NCBI GenBank assembly: GCA_910587235.1
Contig: CAJUKD010000002.1
Coordinates: forward strand, 52,943-116,942
DNA length: 64,000 nucleotides
Direction of reading: 5' to 3'
Source of the DNA: an uncultured Muribaculaceae bacterium
GTDB lineage: Bacteria > Bacteroidota > Bacteroidia > Bacteroidales > Muribaculaceae
The translations under genes and the position numbers were made by a program. Positions 36,971 to 45,469 of the stretch are shown here, one piece after another; within the stretch, counting starts at the first letter, position 1; the number at the start of each line of letters is the position of its first letter. The notes beneath the pieces are model-generated. The model made no database searches. It saw only the letters and a program-made list of their open reading frames with translations, and had not been told where the DNA came from.

Positions 36971-37492
36971 ATGACTTTTAACGAAACCCTCTCGCAGCGC
37001 TACTCCTGCCGCGACTATTCCGACCGTCCCGTCGACCGCCGCCTGCTCGGCGAAATTCTCGAAGCCGCACGCCTCGCCCCCTCGGCATGCAACCGCCAGC
37101 CCTGGCGCTTCATAGTCATAGACCGCCCCGACGACACCGCCGGACGCGAAGCCGTGACAGCCGCCTACGGCCGCCCGTGGATTGCAACAGCTCCCGCCTA
37201 CATCATAGCCTGCGGCCTGCCCGCCGAAGGATGGACGCGACCTTTCGACGAACACTCACACATCGACGTCGACCTCGCCATAGCCGTCGAGCACCTCTGC
37301 CTGTCGGCAACCGAACACGGACTTGCAACATGCTGGGTCTGCAATTTCGATCCCGCCGTGCTGCGCGGCAAGCTCGGACTCGACGACAAGCTGACGCCCG
37401 TCGCCATACTGCCCGTAGGCTACCCCGCATCCGACAAAATCCCCGCAAAGAACCGCAAGCAGCCCGAAGAAATCATCACATGGCGCGACTGA
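36971..37492 (+). CDS. nitroreductase family protein
   Basis: Start moved to MTFNETLSQRYSCRDYSDRPV...APSACNRQPWRFIVI. Confidence 0.85.
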   Translation: MTFNETLSQRYSCRDYSDRPVDRRLLGEILEAARLAPSACNRQPWRFIVIDRPDDTAGREAVTAAYGRPWIATAPAYIIACGLPAEGWTRPFDEHSHIDVDLAIAVEHLCLSATEHGLATCWVCNFDPAVLRGKLGLDDKLTPVAILPVGYPASDKIPAKNRKQPEEIITWRD

Positions 37493-38034
37493 ACCGCAGC
37501 GACATACGGGCGCGACTGCGCGTGGCCGCAGCAGCAGCGGCTCTCCTCCTTCCGCTTCTATGGGGAGGCTGCAACACCTCCGGATGCCTTGAAAACCAAA
37601 GCGCGATACCCTTGGCCGGATTCTACTCTTCGGCCACCGGTGAAGCCGCCACACTCAATATCCTGCGCATCCACGGTGTAGGAGCACCCGGCGACTCGGC
37701 GATTCTGGCTTCCGGCACCGCCGCAAACCAGGTCTACCTGCCGATGCGCTCCACCGCGACATCGACCGAATGGTGCATAGCCTACACTCAGCAAGGCATC
37801 GACAAACCGGAATTCAACGACACCATCACATTCCGCTACTCCTCCATACCATATTTCGCATCGGAAGAATGCGGAGCGATGTACTACTACCGCATATCAT
37901 CCGTCGAAACAAGCACCAACCTCATCGACTCCGTGACAGTAGTCGACTCCCTTGTCACAAATGCCGACCGCATAAGCTTCAAGATTTATTTCCGCATCGG
38001 CGACGAGCCGTCAGACCTCGACATAGCGATATGA
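37480..38034 (+). CDS. lipoprotein (resembles the DUF6452 family from memory)
   Basis: Start moved to MARLNRSD...LLLPLLWGGCNTSGC (lipobox). Overlaps the nitroreductase by 13 nt. Confidence 0.5.
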   Translation: MARLNRSDIRARLRVAAAAAALLLPLLWGGCNTSGCLENQSAIPLAGFYSSATGEAATLNILRIHGVGAPGDSAILASGTAANQVYLPMRSTATSTEWCIAYTQQGIDKPEFNDTITFRYSSIPYFASEECGAMYYYRISSVETSTNLIDSVTVVDSLVTNADRISFKIYFRIGDEPSDLDIAI

Positions 38035-39011
38035 AAACATTCCGACGCCTGCATATCATCGCCCTGTGCTCTGTCGCCGTACTGATCGCCGCAATGGCGT
38101 CGGCGGCCGAACCGCCGGAATCAGCCGACGGCAGCAAGCCCGCACAACAACGCCGGCGAATGACTCCCGTCACCACGGCGGCCACAACAACACAGTCGGT
38201 CAACGAAACCCGCAACGACACCGCACGCATCAACGCCGAGCGACGCGCACGCTCGACCACCTACATAAACAAGGAAGGACGCACCGTCTACGTCGACACC
38301 GTCAGCGGTGAGGAATGGATCGACTCCCTCGCCGCAGGACGCCGCGTGCCGCCTATGAAATACCCCCTGTTCCACAGCCTGGCTGTCGGCGTCAACTTAT
38401 GGGATCCCGTAATGCGCGCTTTCGGGCAGCACTACGGCCTGGCCGACGCATGGCTTGAACTGAGCATACACAACCGCTACAACCCCGTGGTCGAACTCGG
38501 ACTCGGAAAAGCAGACTACACCCCTGCCGGACAAAACTACAGCTACCGCTCGCCCATGAGCTTCTACTTCCGTGTGGGCGCCGACTACAACTTCCTCTAC
38601 AACTCCGATCCCGCCTATCAGTTCCACGCCGGAGTGCGCTACGGCTTCAGCCCGTTCAGCTACACCGTCGGCGACGTAACCCTTGACTCTCCATACTGGG
38701 ACGAAAGCACAACATTCAGCATCCCCGCGCAGCACGCCACCGCCGGATGGTTCGAATTCTGCCTCGGCCTGCGCGTACGCCTGTGGGGACCCATATCGGC
38801 AGGCTGGAACGTCAAATACCAAACGATACTCCACGAGTCACGCGCCACCTACGGCAAACCATGGTACATCCCCGGCTACGGATCCCGTTCCGGCGCCATC
38901 ACCGGCAGCTTCTCAATAATCTACACAATTCCGTTCCACCGTGGAGGCCTGAACAAGATCAGCGACGACAATGTTGATAAGACAGAAGACCTGACTCAGA
39001 ATCAACATTAA
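38031..39011 (+). CDS. outer-membrane protein (resembles the DUF6048 family from memory)
   Basis: Start moved to MKTFRRLHIIALCSVAVLIAAMASA (ATGA overlap). A disordered linker is followed by a beta-rich region. Confidence 0.5.
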   Translation: MKTFRRLHIIALCSVAVLIAAMASAAEPPESADGSKPAQQRRRMTPVTTAATTTQSVNETRNDTARINAERRARSTTYINKEGRTVYVDTVSGEEWIDSLAAGRRVPPMKYPLFHSLAVGVNLWDPVMRAFGQHYGLADAWLELSIHNRYNPVVELGLGKADYTPAGQNYSYRSPMSFYFRVGADYNFLYNSDPAYQFHAGVRYGFSPFSYTVGDVTLDSPYWDESTTFSIPAQHATAGWFEFCLGLRVRLWGPISAGWNVKYQTILHESRATYGKPWYIPGYGSRSGAITGSFSIIYTIPFHRGGLNKISDDNVDKTEDLTQNQH

Positions 39012-39021
39012 AAAAACTTTC

Positions 39022-39780
39022 ATGAAAAAAATAATCGTCATCGGAGCATCGTCAGGCATAGGCCGGCGAATAGCCTCCGACTTCGCCCGCATGGGCTGGC
39101 GCGTAGGCGCGGCAGCACGCCGCCTCGACCTGCTCGACACCTTGAAAAAAGAACACCCCGGAAACGTGGAAACAATGGCTCTCGACGTCACCGCCGACAA
39201 CGCCGTCGAACGCTTCTACCGACTGGTCGAACTGATCGACGGCATGGATATCCTGCTCTACTGCTCAGGCACAGGATGGTACAACCCCACCCTCGACCCA
39301 TCTGTCGATGCCGCCACAATAGGAGTCAACGTCACAGGATTCACCCGCATCGTCAACGCCGCTTACTCCTACTTCAAGGACACCGCCAACCTCCATCGCG
39401 GACGCATCGCCGTCATCACCTCCATCGCCGGCACAAAAGGCATAGGCATATCGGCCACATACTCCGCCTCCAAACGCTACCAGTGGACCTATCTTCAGGC
39501 TCTCGACCAACTCGCGCACCAACAGCACGTAAACGTCGGCATAACCGACATCCGCCCCGGATTCGTCGACACCGCACTCCTTGCCAACGACCGTACCGAC
39601 TACCCGATGAAAATGAGCGTCGACTACATAGCCCCGCGCATCGAAAAAGCCATACTGACAGGCCGCCGTCGCGCCGTCATCGACTCGCGCTGGGCTGTCG
39701 TGACAGCCCTCTGGCGCCTAATTCCCGACCCACTCTGGCGCCGGCTCGAATTCCGGCATCCCACCACAAACCCGCTTTAA
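39022..39780 (+). CDS. SDR family oxidoreductase
   Basis: IIVIGASSGIGRRIA (TGxxxGxG) and YSASKRY (YxxxK). Confidence 0.85.
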   Translation: MKKIIVIGASSGIGRRIASDFARMGWRVGAAARRLDLLDTLKKEHPGNVETMALDVTADNAVERFYRLVELIDGMDILLYCSGTGWYNPTLDPSVDAATIGVNVTGFTRIVNAAYSYFKDTANLHRGRIAVITSIAGTKGIGISATYSASKRYQWTYLQALDQLAHQQHVNVGITDIRPGFVDTALLANDRTDYPMKMSVDYIAPRIEKAILTGRRRAVIDSRWAVVTALWRLIPDPLWRRLEFRHPTTNPL

Positions 39781-39837
39781 AACCCAATTACAAACCACTC
39801 CCAAACCGAACATGCCGCAACACATCGGAATTTTGAC

Positions 39838-39845
39838 TATCTTTG
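39838..39845 (+). promoter_or_regulatory. candidate -7 box (TATCTTTG) for queA
   Basis: 23 nt upstream of the queA ATG. Confidence 0.4.
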
Positions 39846-39867
39846 CGTTAAATATTCCGTTTTCAGC

Positions 39868-41091
39868 ATGGATCCGAAAGAGATATCAATAGAACAATAT
39901 AACTACCCGTTGCCCGACGGGCGCATAGCACGCCATCCGCTTGCGCAGCGAGATGCCTGCAAACTACTTGTTTCCAACACCGACGGCAGCATCGACGACC
40001 GTATTTTCAACGAACTGCCCGCACTCCTTCCCACGGACGCAATAATGGTCTGCAACAACACGCGAGTCATCAATGCCCGCGTGCGCATGAACAAAGACTC
40101 CGGAGCAGCCATAGAGATTTTCTGCCTCGAACCTGAAGCGCCCGCCGACTACGAGCGCAACTTCGCATCGACAGGACCTTGTTCATGGCAGTGCCTGGTA
40201 GGAAACTCCAAAAAGTGGAAAGAAGGAGCGCTTCACCGCCGCATCGAAGTCGACGGAAAAGGCGAAGTAGTGCTGTCGGCCGAACGCACAGGCCGCTCCG
40301 ACACGGCGTCGGTGGTCGAATTCAGCTGGAACCGTTCCGACATAAGTTTCAGCGAGATAATCGGCGCGGCAGGAGAGATTCCCATTCCGCCATACCTCAA
40401 CCGCGAATCTGAAGAGGGCGACGCCACGGACTATCAGACCGTTTTCAGCGAAATCGAAGGCTCCGTAGCGGCTCCGACAGCCGGACTGCACTTCACTCCC
40501 GAACTTCTCGAAGCCATCGACCGCACAGGCATAGAGCGCCGCGAAGTGACGCTCCACGTCGGCGCCGGCACCTTCCGCCCCGTGAAAGCAGCCATGATAG
40601 GCGGACACGACATGCACAGCGAGTTCATCACCGTAGGCCGCGACATGATAGAAGGCCTGCGCGACAAAGGCGAACGGCCTGTCGTAGCAGTCGGCACCAC
40701 TTCGGTGCGCACGCTCGAAAGCCTCTACCACATAGGTTGCCTTATCAGCCGCGGAGAGTGGACGGGCGAACTCGGACAGTGGTACGCCTACGACTCCGCG
40801 CATCCTGCACTGAGCGTGGCCGAATCCATGGAAGCCATACTCGCCCGGCTCGACAGCCTCGGCGAAGACACCCTGATGGCCCACACACGCATAATCATCG
40901 CACCGGGCTACCGCTACCGCATCGTCGACGGCATGATAACGAACTTCCATCAGCCGCAATCCACTCTGCTCCTGCTCGTGTCGGCCTTTATAGGCGACAG
41001 CTGGCGTGCGCTCTACGACCACGCCCTTGCCGGCGACTACCGTTTCCTGAGCTACGGCGACGCCTGCCTGCTTTTCCCGCACCGCCAATGA
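39868..41091 (+). CDS. queA: S-adenosylmethionine:tRNA ribosyltransferase-isomerase
   Basis: YNYPLPDGRIARHPL, IPIPPYL, YQTVFS, APTAGLHFT, VGTTSVRTLES, NFHQPQSTLLLLVSAF. Confidence 0.9.
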   Translation: MDPKEISIEQYNYPLPDGRIARHPLAQRDACKLLVSNTDGSIDDRIFNELPALLPTDAIMVCNNTRVINARVRMNKDSGAAIEIFCLEPEAPADYERNFASTGPCSWQCLVGNSKKWKEGALHRRIEVDGKGEVVLSAERTGRSDTASVVEFSWNRSDISFSEIIGAAGEIPIPPYLNRESEEGDATDYQTVFSEIEGSVAAPTAGLHFTPELLEAIDRTGIERREVTLHVGAGTFRPVKAAMIGGHDMHSEFITVGRDMIEGLRDKGERPVVAVGTTSVRTLESLYHIGCLISRGEWTGELGQWYAYDSAHPALSVAESMEAILARLDSLGEDTLMAHTRIIIAPGYRYRIVDGMITNFHQPQSTLLLLVSAFIGDSWRALYDHALAGDYRFLSYGDACLLFPHRQ

Positions 41092-42740
41092 AACACACGA
41101 CGACAGAAACAATACGTAACTCAGGCACGGCATTATTGCTGACAGCCGTATTCACCTACCTCCTGTCCGCAGCCGTCTTCGCATGCGGAGGCCGGATCAA
41201 CGGCGCAATATTCCCCGTTGCCATGGCGGCGGCGCTCGCCTCCGCACCGCTTCTGACAGGCCACACTAAAAAACGCGTCATAGCCATGTCGTCCATGCTG
41301 GCACTCGCGCTTGCGGCGACGGGCATACTTGTCGGCCACCTGCTGCCGGACTACACGAGCGACGGATGCTGGTATCATCAGGAAGGAATAGCCCTGATGC
41401 TCGACGGATGGAATCCGTACCGCGACGGCGCTCCCGAAGGCGGAGCACTGCTCTGGACACTACATTATGCCAAGAGCATGGAGATAATATCGGCGGCCAT
41501 AGCCTCTGCCGTCGGCTCGATAGAAGCAGGCAAAGCTGTAAATTTCATCCTGACCGCCGCCGCGGCATTGCTTGTCTACGATTTCGGACGACGGCACCTC
41601 GCCTCGGCAAAGCGGGCAGCCGCACTCGCGCTTACCGCAACTGCCAATCCTGTGGTAATAGCGCAATTGCCTACATACTATATAGACTATACTCTTTATA
41701 TCTACATCCTGCTGACAATCATCCTGCTTGTCGATGCTGCCGGCAGCCGGCGAACGGCGGCACCGTACCTGCTCGCAGGCGCCGTCACAGTGCTGGCCAT
41801 AGGCACCAAGTTCAACATATTTTTCATGCAGGGCGTCACACTGATTGCCGCCGCAGGATGGTGCGCCGCCACACGCCGCCGGCACGAAGCACGCACAATC
41901 ATCGTCACCGGCGCCTGCGCTCTTGCCGTCGGGCTGCTCGCAGCCTGGCATCCGTACGTCGGGAATTTCATCGGTCACGGCAATCCACTCTACCCTCTTC
42001 TGGGCGAAGGAGCGCAGGACATCATGAGCGAAAACACCCCCGACATCTATACCGGCAACCGTTTCGCCGACTTTGCCATATCCCTTCTCTATCCGGAAAG
42101 GCCGAGTTACGACGGACGTATCAACGGCTTCACCCCCCTGATGGTGCTGTTGCTCGGCATCAGCGCATTGACGGCATGTAAACTCCGCCGCGACAGCGAC
42201 AGCCGCCTGCCTCTGTTCATCATGGCCTGCGCACTGGCAAGTTGCTTTTTCTTCGACCAGTCGTGGTGGGCGCGCTACAACTGCCAGCTGTGGCTTGTGC
42301 CAGTCAGCGCCTATTTCTGCCTTCTGCGCTCCGGCGACCGGGCGCATACCCTTGTATGGTGCCGCCGGCTGACGCTTCTCTGCATCGTCGCAGCCGCCGC
42401 CGTAACAATCAGATACACCCTGCCCGCAAGCATACACCTGAGCATCTGGCAACGCAACATCTACTCGCTGCGGCGCGAAACGCCGGCCAGGATTATCGAC
42501 CTCGACCGACAGACCGCCCGCCACTTCGCCGAACAGGGCATAGACACCGAAAGCATATCCGAAAGCGAAGTCCGGCCGGGGAATATCCTCGTTGCCACAG
42601 GCTATGTGTTCAAAGGCGTATTTCCGATGATGGAAGTCACTCGCGCTGAGTGGGACAGTATGCTGAAGCATTCGGGAGGCCGTCTGCTGGAGCATCAGAA
42701 TCCGCGCCGTGCAGTACTGCCTGACCTTTCACAGCCATAG
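41088..42740 (+). CDS. polytopic membrane protein, possible GT-C-fold (ArnT/PMT-like) glycosyltransferase
   Basis: Start moved to MKHTTTETIRNSG (ATGA overlap with queA). More than 10 predicted TM segments. The first-loop motif DGCWYHQEGIALMLDGWNPY resembles the DE.RYaE..reML.sGdW..P motif of ArnT/PMT enzymes. Confidence 0.45.
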   Translation: MKHTTTETIRNSGTALLLTAVFTYLLSAAVFACGGRINGAIFPVAMAAALASAPLLTGHTKKRVIAMSSMLALALAATGILVGHLLPDYTSDGCWYHQEGIALMLDGWNPYRDGAPEGGALLWTLHYAKSMEIISAAIASAVGSIEAGKAVNFILTAAAALLVYDFGRRHLASAKRAAALALTATANPVVIAQLPTYYIDYTLYIYILLTIILLVDAAGSRRTAAPYLLAGAVTVLAIGTKFNIFFMQGVTLIAAAGWCAATRRRHEARTIIVTGACALAVGLLAAWHPYVGNFIGHGNPLYPLLGEGAQDIMSENTPDIYTGNRFADFAISLLYPERPSYDGRINGFTPLMVLLLGISALTACKLRRDSDSRLPLFIMACALASCFFFDQSWWARYNCQLWLVPVSAYFCLLRSGDRAHTLVWCRRLTLLCIVAAAAVTIRYTLPASIHLSIWQRNIYSLRRETPARIIDLDRQTARHFAEQGIDTESISESEVRPGNILVATGYVFKGVFPMMEVTRAEWDSMLKHSGGRLLEHQNPRRAVLPDLSQP

Positions 42741-43203
42741 ACTCCATAAGTTTCTTTTCGATAAGAGCGACAAAAGCGGCCTTTTTCGCCTCACGAGCGG
42801 CACGCCGGCGGTCGGCGTCGGTAACGATAAGATAGTTTTCATCGATAGGCTCGGCATCCTTGCGGCGGCGATAGCCGTTCTGAAGGCGGCGCGAAGTCAG
42901 TATTCCCTTTTTGACATACATCTCCTTATCGAAAAATCCGCACTCTACGAGCTTATCCATATCACTTTCAATTTCCGCGGGATAGCGCCGTGTCATCTCC
43001 TCCAGATCGTAGTACAGAGCGCTGTCGCACCTGACAAAATAAGTCCTTCTGCCCCGTATCAGGGACATAATTGCAAGATAGGTGACAACAGCCTCCATAC
43101 GGCCGGCGGTACGCAGCTTCCCTACTTCGGGAGTGTCGAAAAAACCGGAGTTGACAGGCAGAGCGAACATACGTGCTTTCTTTATTCTTTTCATAGCTGA
43201 CAA
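42637..43203 (-). CDS. DUF4373-like protein (phage replisome-organiser-like N-domain family, from memory)
   Basis: MFALPVNSGFFDTPEVGKLRTAGRMEAVVTYLAIMSLI... The last 35 codons overlap the convergent membrane-protein gene. Confidence 0.5.
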   Translation of the reverse strand: MSAMKRIKKARMFALPVNSGFFDTPEVGKLRTAGRMEAVVTYLAIMSLIRGRRTYFVRCDSALYYDLEEMTRRYPAEIESDMDKLVECGFFDKEMYVKKGILTSRRLQNGYRRRKDAEPIDENYLIVTDADRRRAAREAKKAAFVALIEKKLMESMAVKGQAVLHGADSDAPADGLPNASAYCPTQRE

Positions 43204-43307
43204 GATTAGGAATTAATGAATCAAGTACTGCAAAGATAATATGCGGAATCTACCGTCCGACAGAAAAACAACACCCCGGCATCAATTAACATATTTTCAT
43301 CATTCCA

Positions 43308-43337
43308 CAAAAATATCGAAAACATCTGTTTTCCAAA
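43308..43337 (-). promoter_or_regulatory. candidate promoter of the DUF4373-like gene
   Basis: Minus strand has TATTTTTG (43308-43315) with TTTG about 19 nt upstream. A second -7 box, TATCTTTG, is at 43231-43238. Confidence 0.4.
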
Positions 43338-43364
43338 ACATTTCGGCCACAAACCAATAAAACG

Positions 43365-43393
43365 CAAAAAGGAGCCGTCTTCGGCTCCTTTTT
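43365..43393. terminator. intrinsic terminator closing the ncRNA locus
   Basis: GGAGCCG-TCTT-CGGCTCC flanked by an A-run and a T-run. On the minus strand it is a hairpin followed by TTTTTG. Confidence 0.7.
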
Positions 43394-43658
43394 GTATGGG
43401 CCACACCAAAGGATGCGATGAAACTCCGAATAGACAGGATTTGAGTGCTCGCCGTCCTTTGTAATCCGCCTGGCATTAAAGCACCTCTTGCGAGGTCGGG
43501 GCCCGCCATCGGGCGACTAAGCTTGTCTCGGGATTTCAGTTTGATTTGAAGAGTTTCCCAATCTACTTTGATGTGGTATGTCTTTATGCGGGATGTGCAG
43601 CGCCGACGTGCCTCGGCACGTCCCTACTACCCTGCTGCGGCTCTCTTGCCTTTGTTTT
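43394..43658 (-). ncRNA. stand-alone structured non-coding RNA, 6S (SsrS)-like candidate; structured core about 43401-43576
   Basis: It has its own consensus promoter and its own terminator, and I found no convincing ORF in between. The core ends pair over 11 bp (CCACAUCAAAG with CUUUGGUGUGG) and then 8 bp (GAAACUCU with GGAGUUUC). They enclose A/U-rich unpaired strands and internal GC hairpins. Confidence 0.45.
43605..43627 (-). repeat. palindromic intergenic element, copy c
   Basis: Minus strand reads GTAGGGACGTGCCGAGGCACGTC, with 22 of 23 positions identical to copies a and b. It lies in the 5' leader of the ncRNA locus. Confidence 0.8.
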
Positions 43659-43665
43659 TATAACA

Positions 43666-43697
43666 CAAATTTAAGAGTTATAGTTCGTATATCCAAA
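43666..43697 (-). promoter_or_regulatory. promoter of the ncRNA locus (TTTG-N20-TAAATTTG)
   Basis: Plus strand has CAAATTTA at 43666-43673 and CAAA at 43694-43697. Both elements and the spacing fit the Bacteroides consensus. Confidence 0.55.
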
Positions 43698-43714
43698 TAT
43701 CGGGATGATTTTTT

Positions 43715-43999
43715 TCAGAAATGAAGAAACAAGGGTGTGCCTGCGCTGTGCCACAGCCCGCGTGCGGTGACTTCTCCGGAATCGGGAGGGGCTGTAAGAA
43801 GCGAAGCCCACGGCGCGGCGGATGAATCGAGTACGTAGAGCGGACCGCTGACGAAGACAGTGGAATGCGTTTCGCCTGTGAAAGGAGTGATGCGGACGAT
43901 GCCGTCCGACGCTATTTCTACCACGCTCATGGAATACTCCATGCCGCAATGAAATATTTTGTGCGCAAGATATCGGTCAGAGCCGGGATGTATTATCAT
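43715..43999 (-). CDS. hypothetical protein (94 aa), translationally coupled to the upstream gene
   Basis: ATGA overlap with the stop of the DUF4296-like gene. No recognisable motifs. Confidence 0.4.
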   Translation of the reverse strand: MIIHPGSDRYLAHKIFHCGMEYSMSVVEIASDGIVRITPFTGETHSTVFVSGPLYVLDSSAAPWASLLTAPPDSGEVTARGLWHSAGTPLFLHF

Positions 44000-44814
44000 G
44001 GCTTCAGAACGACCGAGCGCTGACGATAACGCTGGTTATAGGTGCGCGGGTTAAGACGCTTGCGCACAAGTTCGACGCTGTCGAGGCGCACTTCGGTGGC
44101 TCCGCGAGTGCTTATGTTGACATAGCCGTAGACACGCACCGGCATTTCGGTTGAATCGGAATATATCGCGACTTCGCGCCATCCGTCGCCCGAAAAAGTG
44201 GCGGCGACGTATTCCGTCCGCCGCACCGCAATTGAATCGCCATAGTCGGCGGCAAGCCCCCATACCGAATTATCCTGATGGTTGAAGAACTTCGCACGGA
44301 GTGTATAGGAGTCGCCACGTTCCCAGTTCGGGTCGGCAGGCAGTGAGAAAGTCATGATTTTCGAGGGCATACGGTCGGCCAGAGTGATATAGCGTGCTCC
44401 GGGCCAGACGTCGACCGAGTCGCCGGCCATCGATATCGCATTTTCGGCGGCTATGCGGTTGCCTGTTTCCGACAGGCGGTTTTCGAGTATCTCGATTGTC
44501 CTGTCGTAGAGAGCCATATACTCTGTGATATGATGGCCGTACCAGCTAAGCGAAGAGTCGAACTGCTCGGGGGTAATGCCATGCTTCATGTAGATGGACT
44601 GACGGAATACCTGACGCGCCGAATCGTCAGGATAATATTGCCTGTTCTGCTCCACCACGGCCTCGCCTGTGTGTATGTCGGCCATAAGGAGAGCCATCTC
44701 CTCGGGCTGCACGACCGAGGAGGGCACTTTGGAACATCCGGCAAACGACATCAGCAGCAACGCCACCGGAATGAAAGGCTTACTCAGCCCCGGTGTCTTC
44801 TGTCGCTTTACCAT
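43996..44814 (-). CDS. lipoprotein with an N-terminal DUF4296-like domain and an extra C-terminal beta-rich domain
   Basis: Lipobox LLLMSFAGC, then VVQPEEMALLMADIHTGEAV...FRQSIYMKHGITPEQFDSSLSWY. It follows lspA, as in other Bacteroidota. Confidence 0.55.
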   Translation of the reverse strand: MVKRQKTPGLSKPFIPVALLLMSFAGCSKVPSSVVQPEEMALLMADIHTGEAVVEQNRQYYPDDSARQVFRQSIYMKHGITPEQFDSSLSWYGHHITEYMALYDRTIEILENRLSETGNRIAAENAISMAGDSVDVWPGARYITLADRMPSKIMTFSLPADPNWERGDSYTLRAKFFNHQDNSVWGLAADYGDSIAVRRTEYVAATFSGDGWREVAIYSDSTEMPVRVYGYVNISTRGATEVRLDSVELVRKRLNPRTYNQRYRQRSVVLKP

Positions 44815-45469
44815 CGTTGTCGGGCATGCCTATATATTTGGCATAGAAGAGTATCACCATGGCCATACCGACAGTGATCGCCGCATCGGCCAGATTGAAT
44901 ACGGGATCGAAGAAAGAGAATGTCTTTCCGCCGATCAGCGGAAGCCACTGCGGCCAGCCGAAAGAGAAGAGCGGGAAATAGAACATGTCGACCACCAGAC
45001 CCTGGAACCAGTCGCCGTAGCCTTGGCCAAGCGGCACGATTTCCGCTACATAGGGAGGATACGGGTTGGTGAAAATCTCGCCGTAAAGCACACAGTCGAC
45101 TATATTGCCGAAGGCGCCGGCGGTGACGAGCGATACCGCGACGATATAGCCCAGGGGCATACGCAGCGACTTGACAATACGGCACAGGTACCACAGCAAA
45201 AACGCCACAAGTACAATACGGAATCCGGTGAGAAAGAGTTTGCTGCCAAGCTCGATGCCGAACGCCATGCCATTGTTCTGGATAAAGCGTAGGTGGAAAA
45301 AAGGCAGTATCTCCAGATCCTCTCCCAGATAGAAGGAGGTCTTGACCCAGAATTTCAGAAGCTGGTCAAGGGCAATCACAGCGAATATGACTGCCGCGGC
45401 AAGGTAGCCTCTGCCATGTGGCGCAGGGAAGAAAGCGAAGCCGCGGGCCATCGGGGTTCCGGATTTCAT
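44780..45469 (-). CDS. lspA: lipoprotein signal peptidase (signal peptidase II)
   Basis: IALDQLLKFWV, FIQNNGMAFG, GAFGNIVDCVLYG and VFNLADAAI motifs. Confidence 0.9.
   Translation of the reverse strand: MKSGTPMARGFAFFPAPHGRGYLAAAVIFAVIALDQLLKFWVKTSFYLGEDLEILPFFHLRFIQNNGMAFGIELGSKLFLTGFRIVLVAFLLWYLCRIVKSLRMPLGYIVAVSLVTAGAFGNIVDCVLYGEIFTNPYPPYVAEIVPLGQGYGDWFQGLVVDMFYFPLFSFGWPQWLPLIGGKTFSFFDPVFNLADAAITVGMAMVILFYAKYIGMPDNDGKATEDTGAE

Noticed and set aside
43394-43658. Alternative identities for the ncRNA: SRP (4.5S) RNA, RNase P RNA, tmRNA or a cobalamin riboswitch.
   Set aside because: There is no GGAA-tetraloop/AGCAGC helix-8 signature of SRP RNA. The GGAAAGUCCGGGC and ACAGAA..CGGCUUA P4 strands of RNase P are absent. 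There is no tRNA-like CCA end or tag ORF for tmRNA. The GGGAAAC...UGAAAUCCC resemblance to B12 aptamers lacks a B12 box. The downstream gene has its own promoter beyond a strong terminator.
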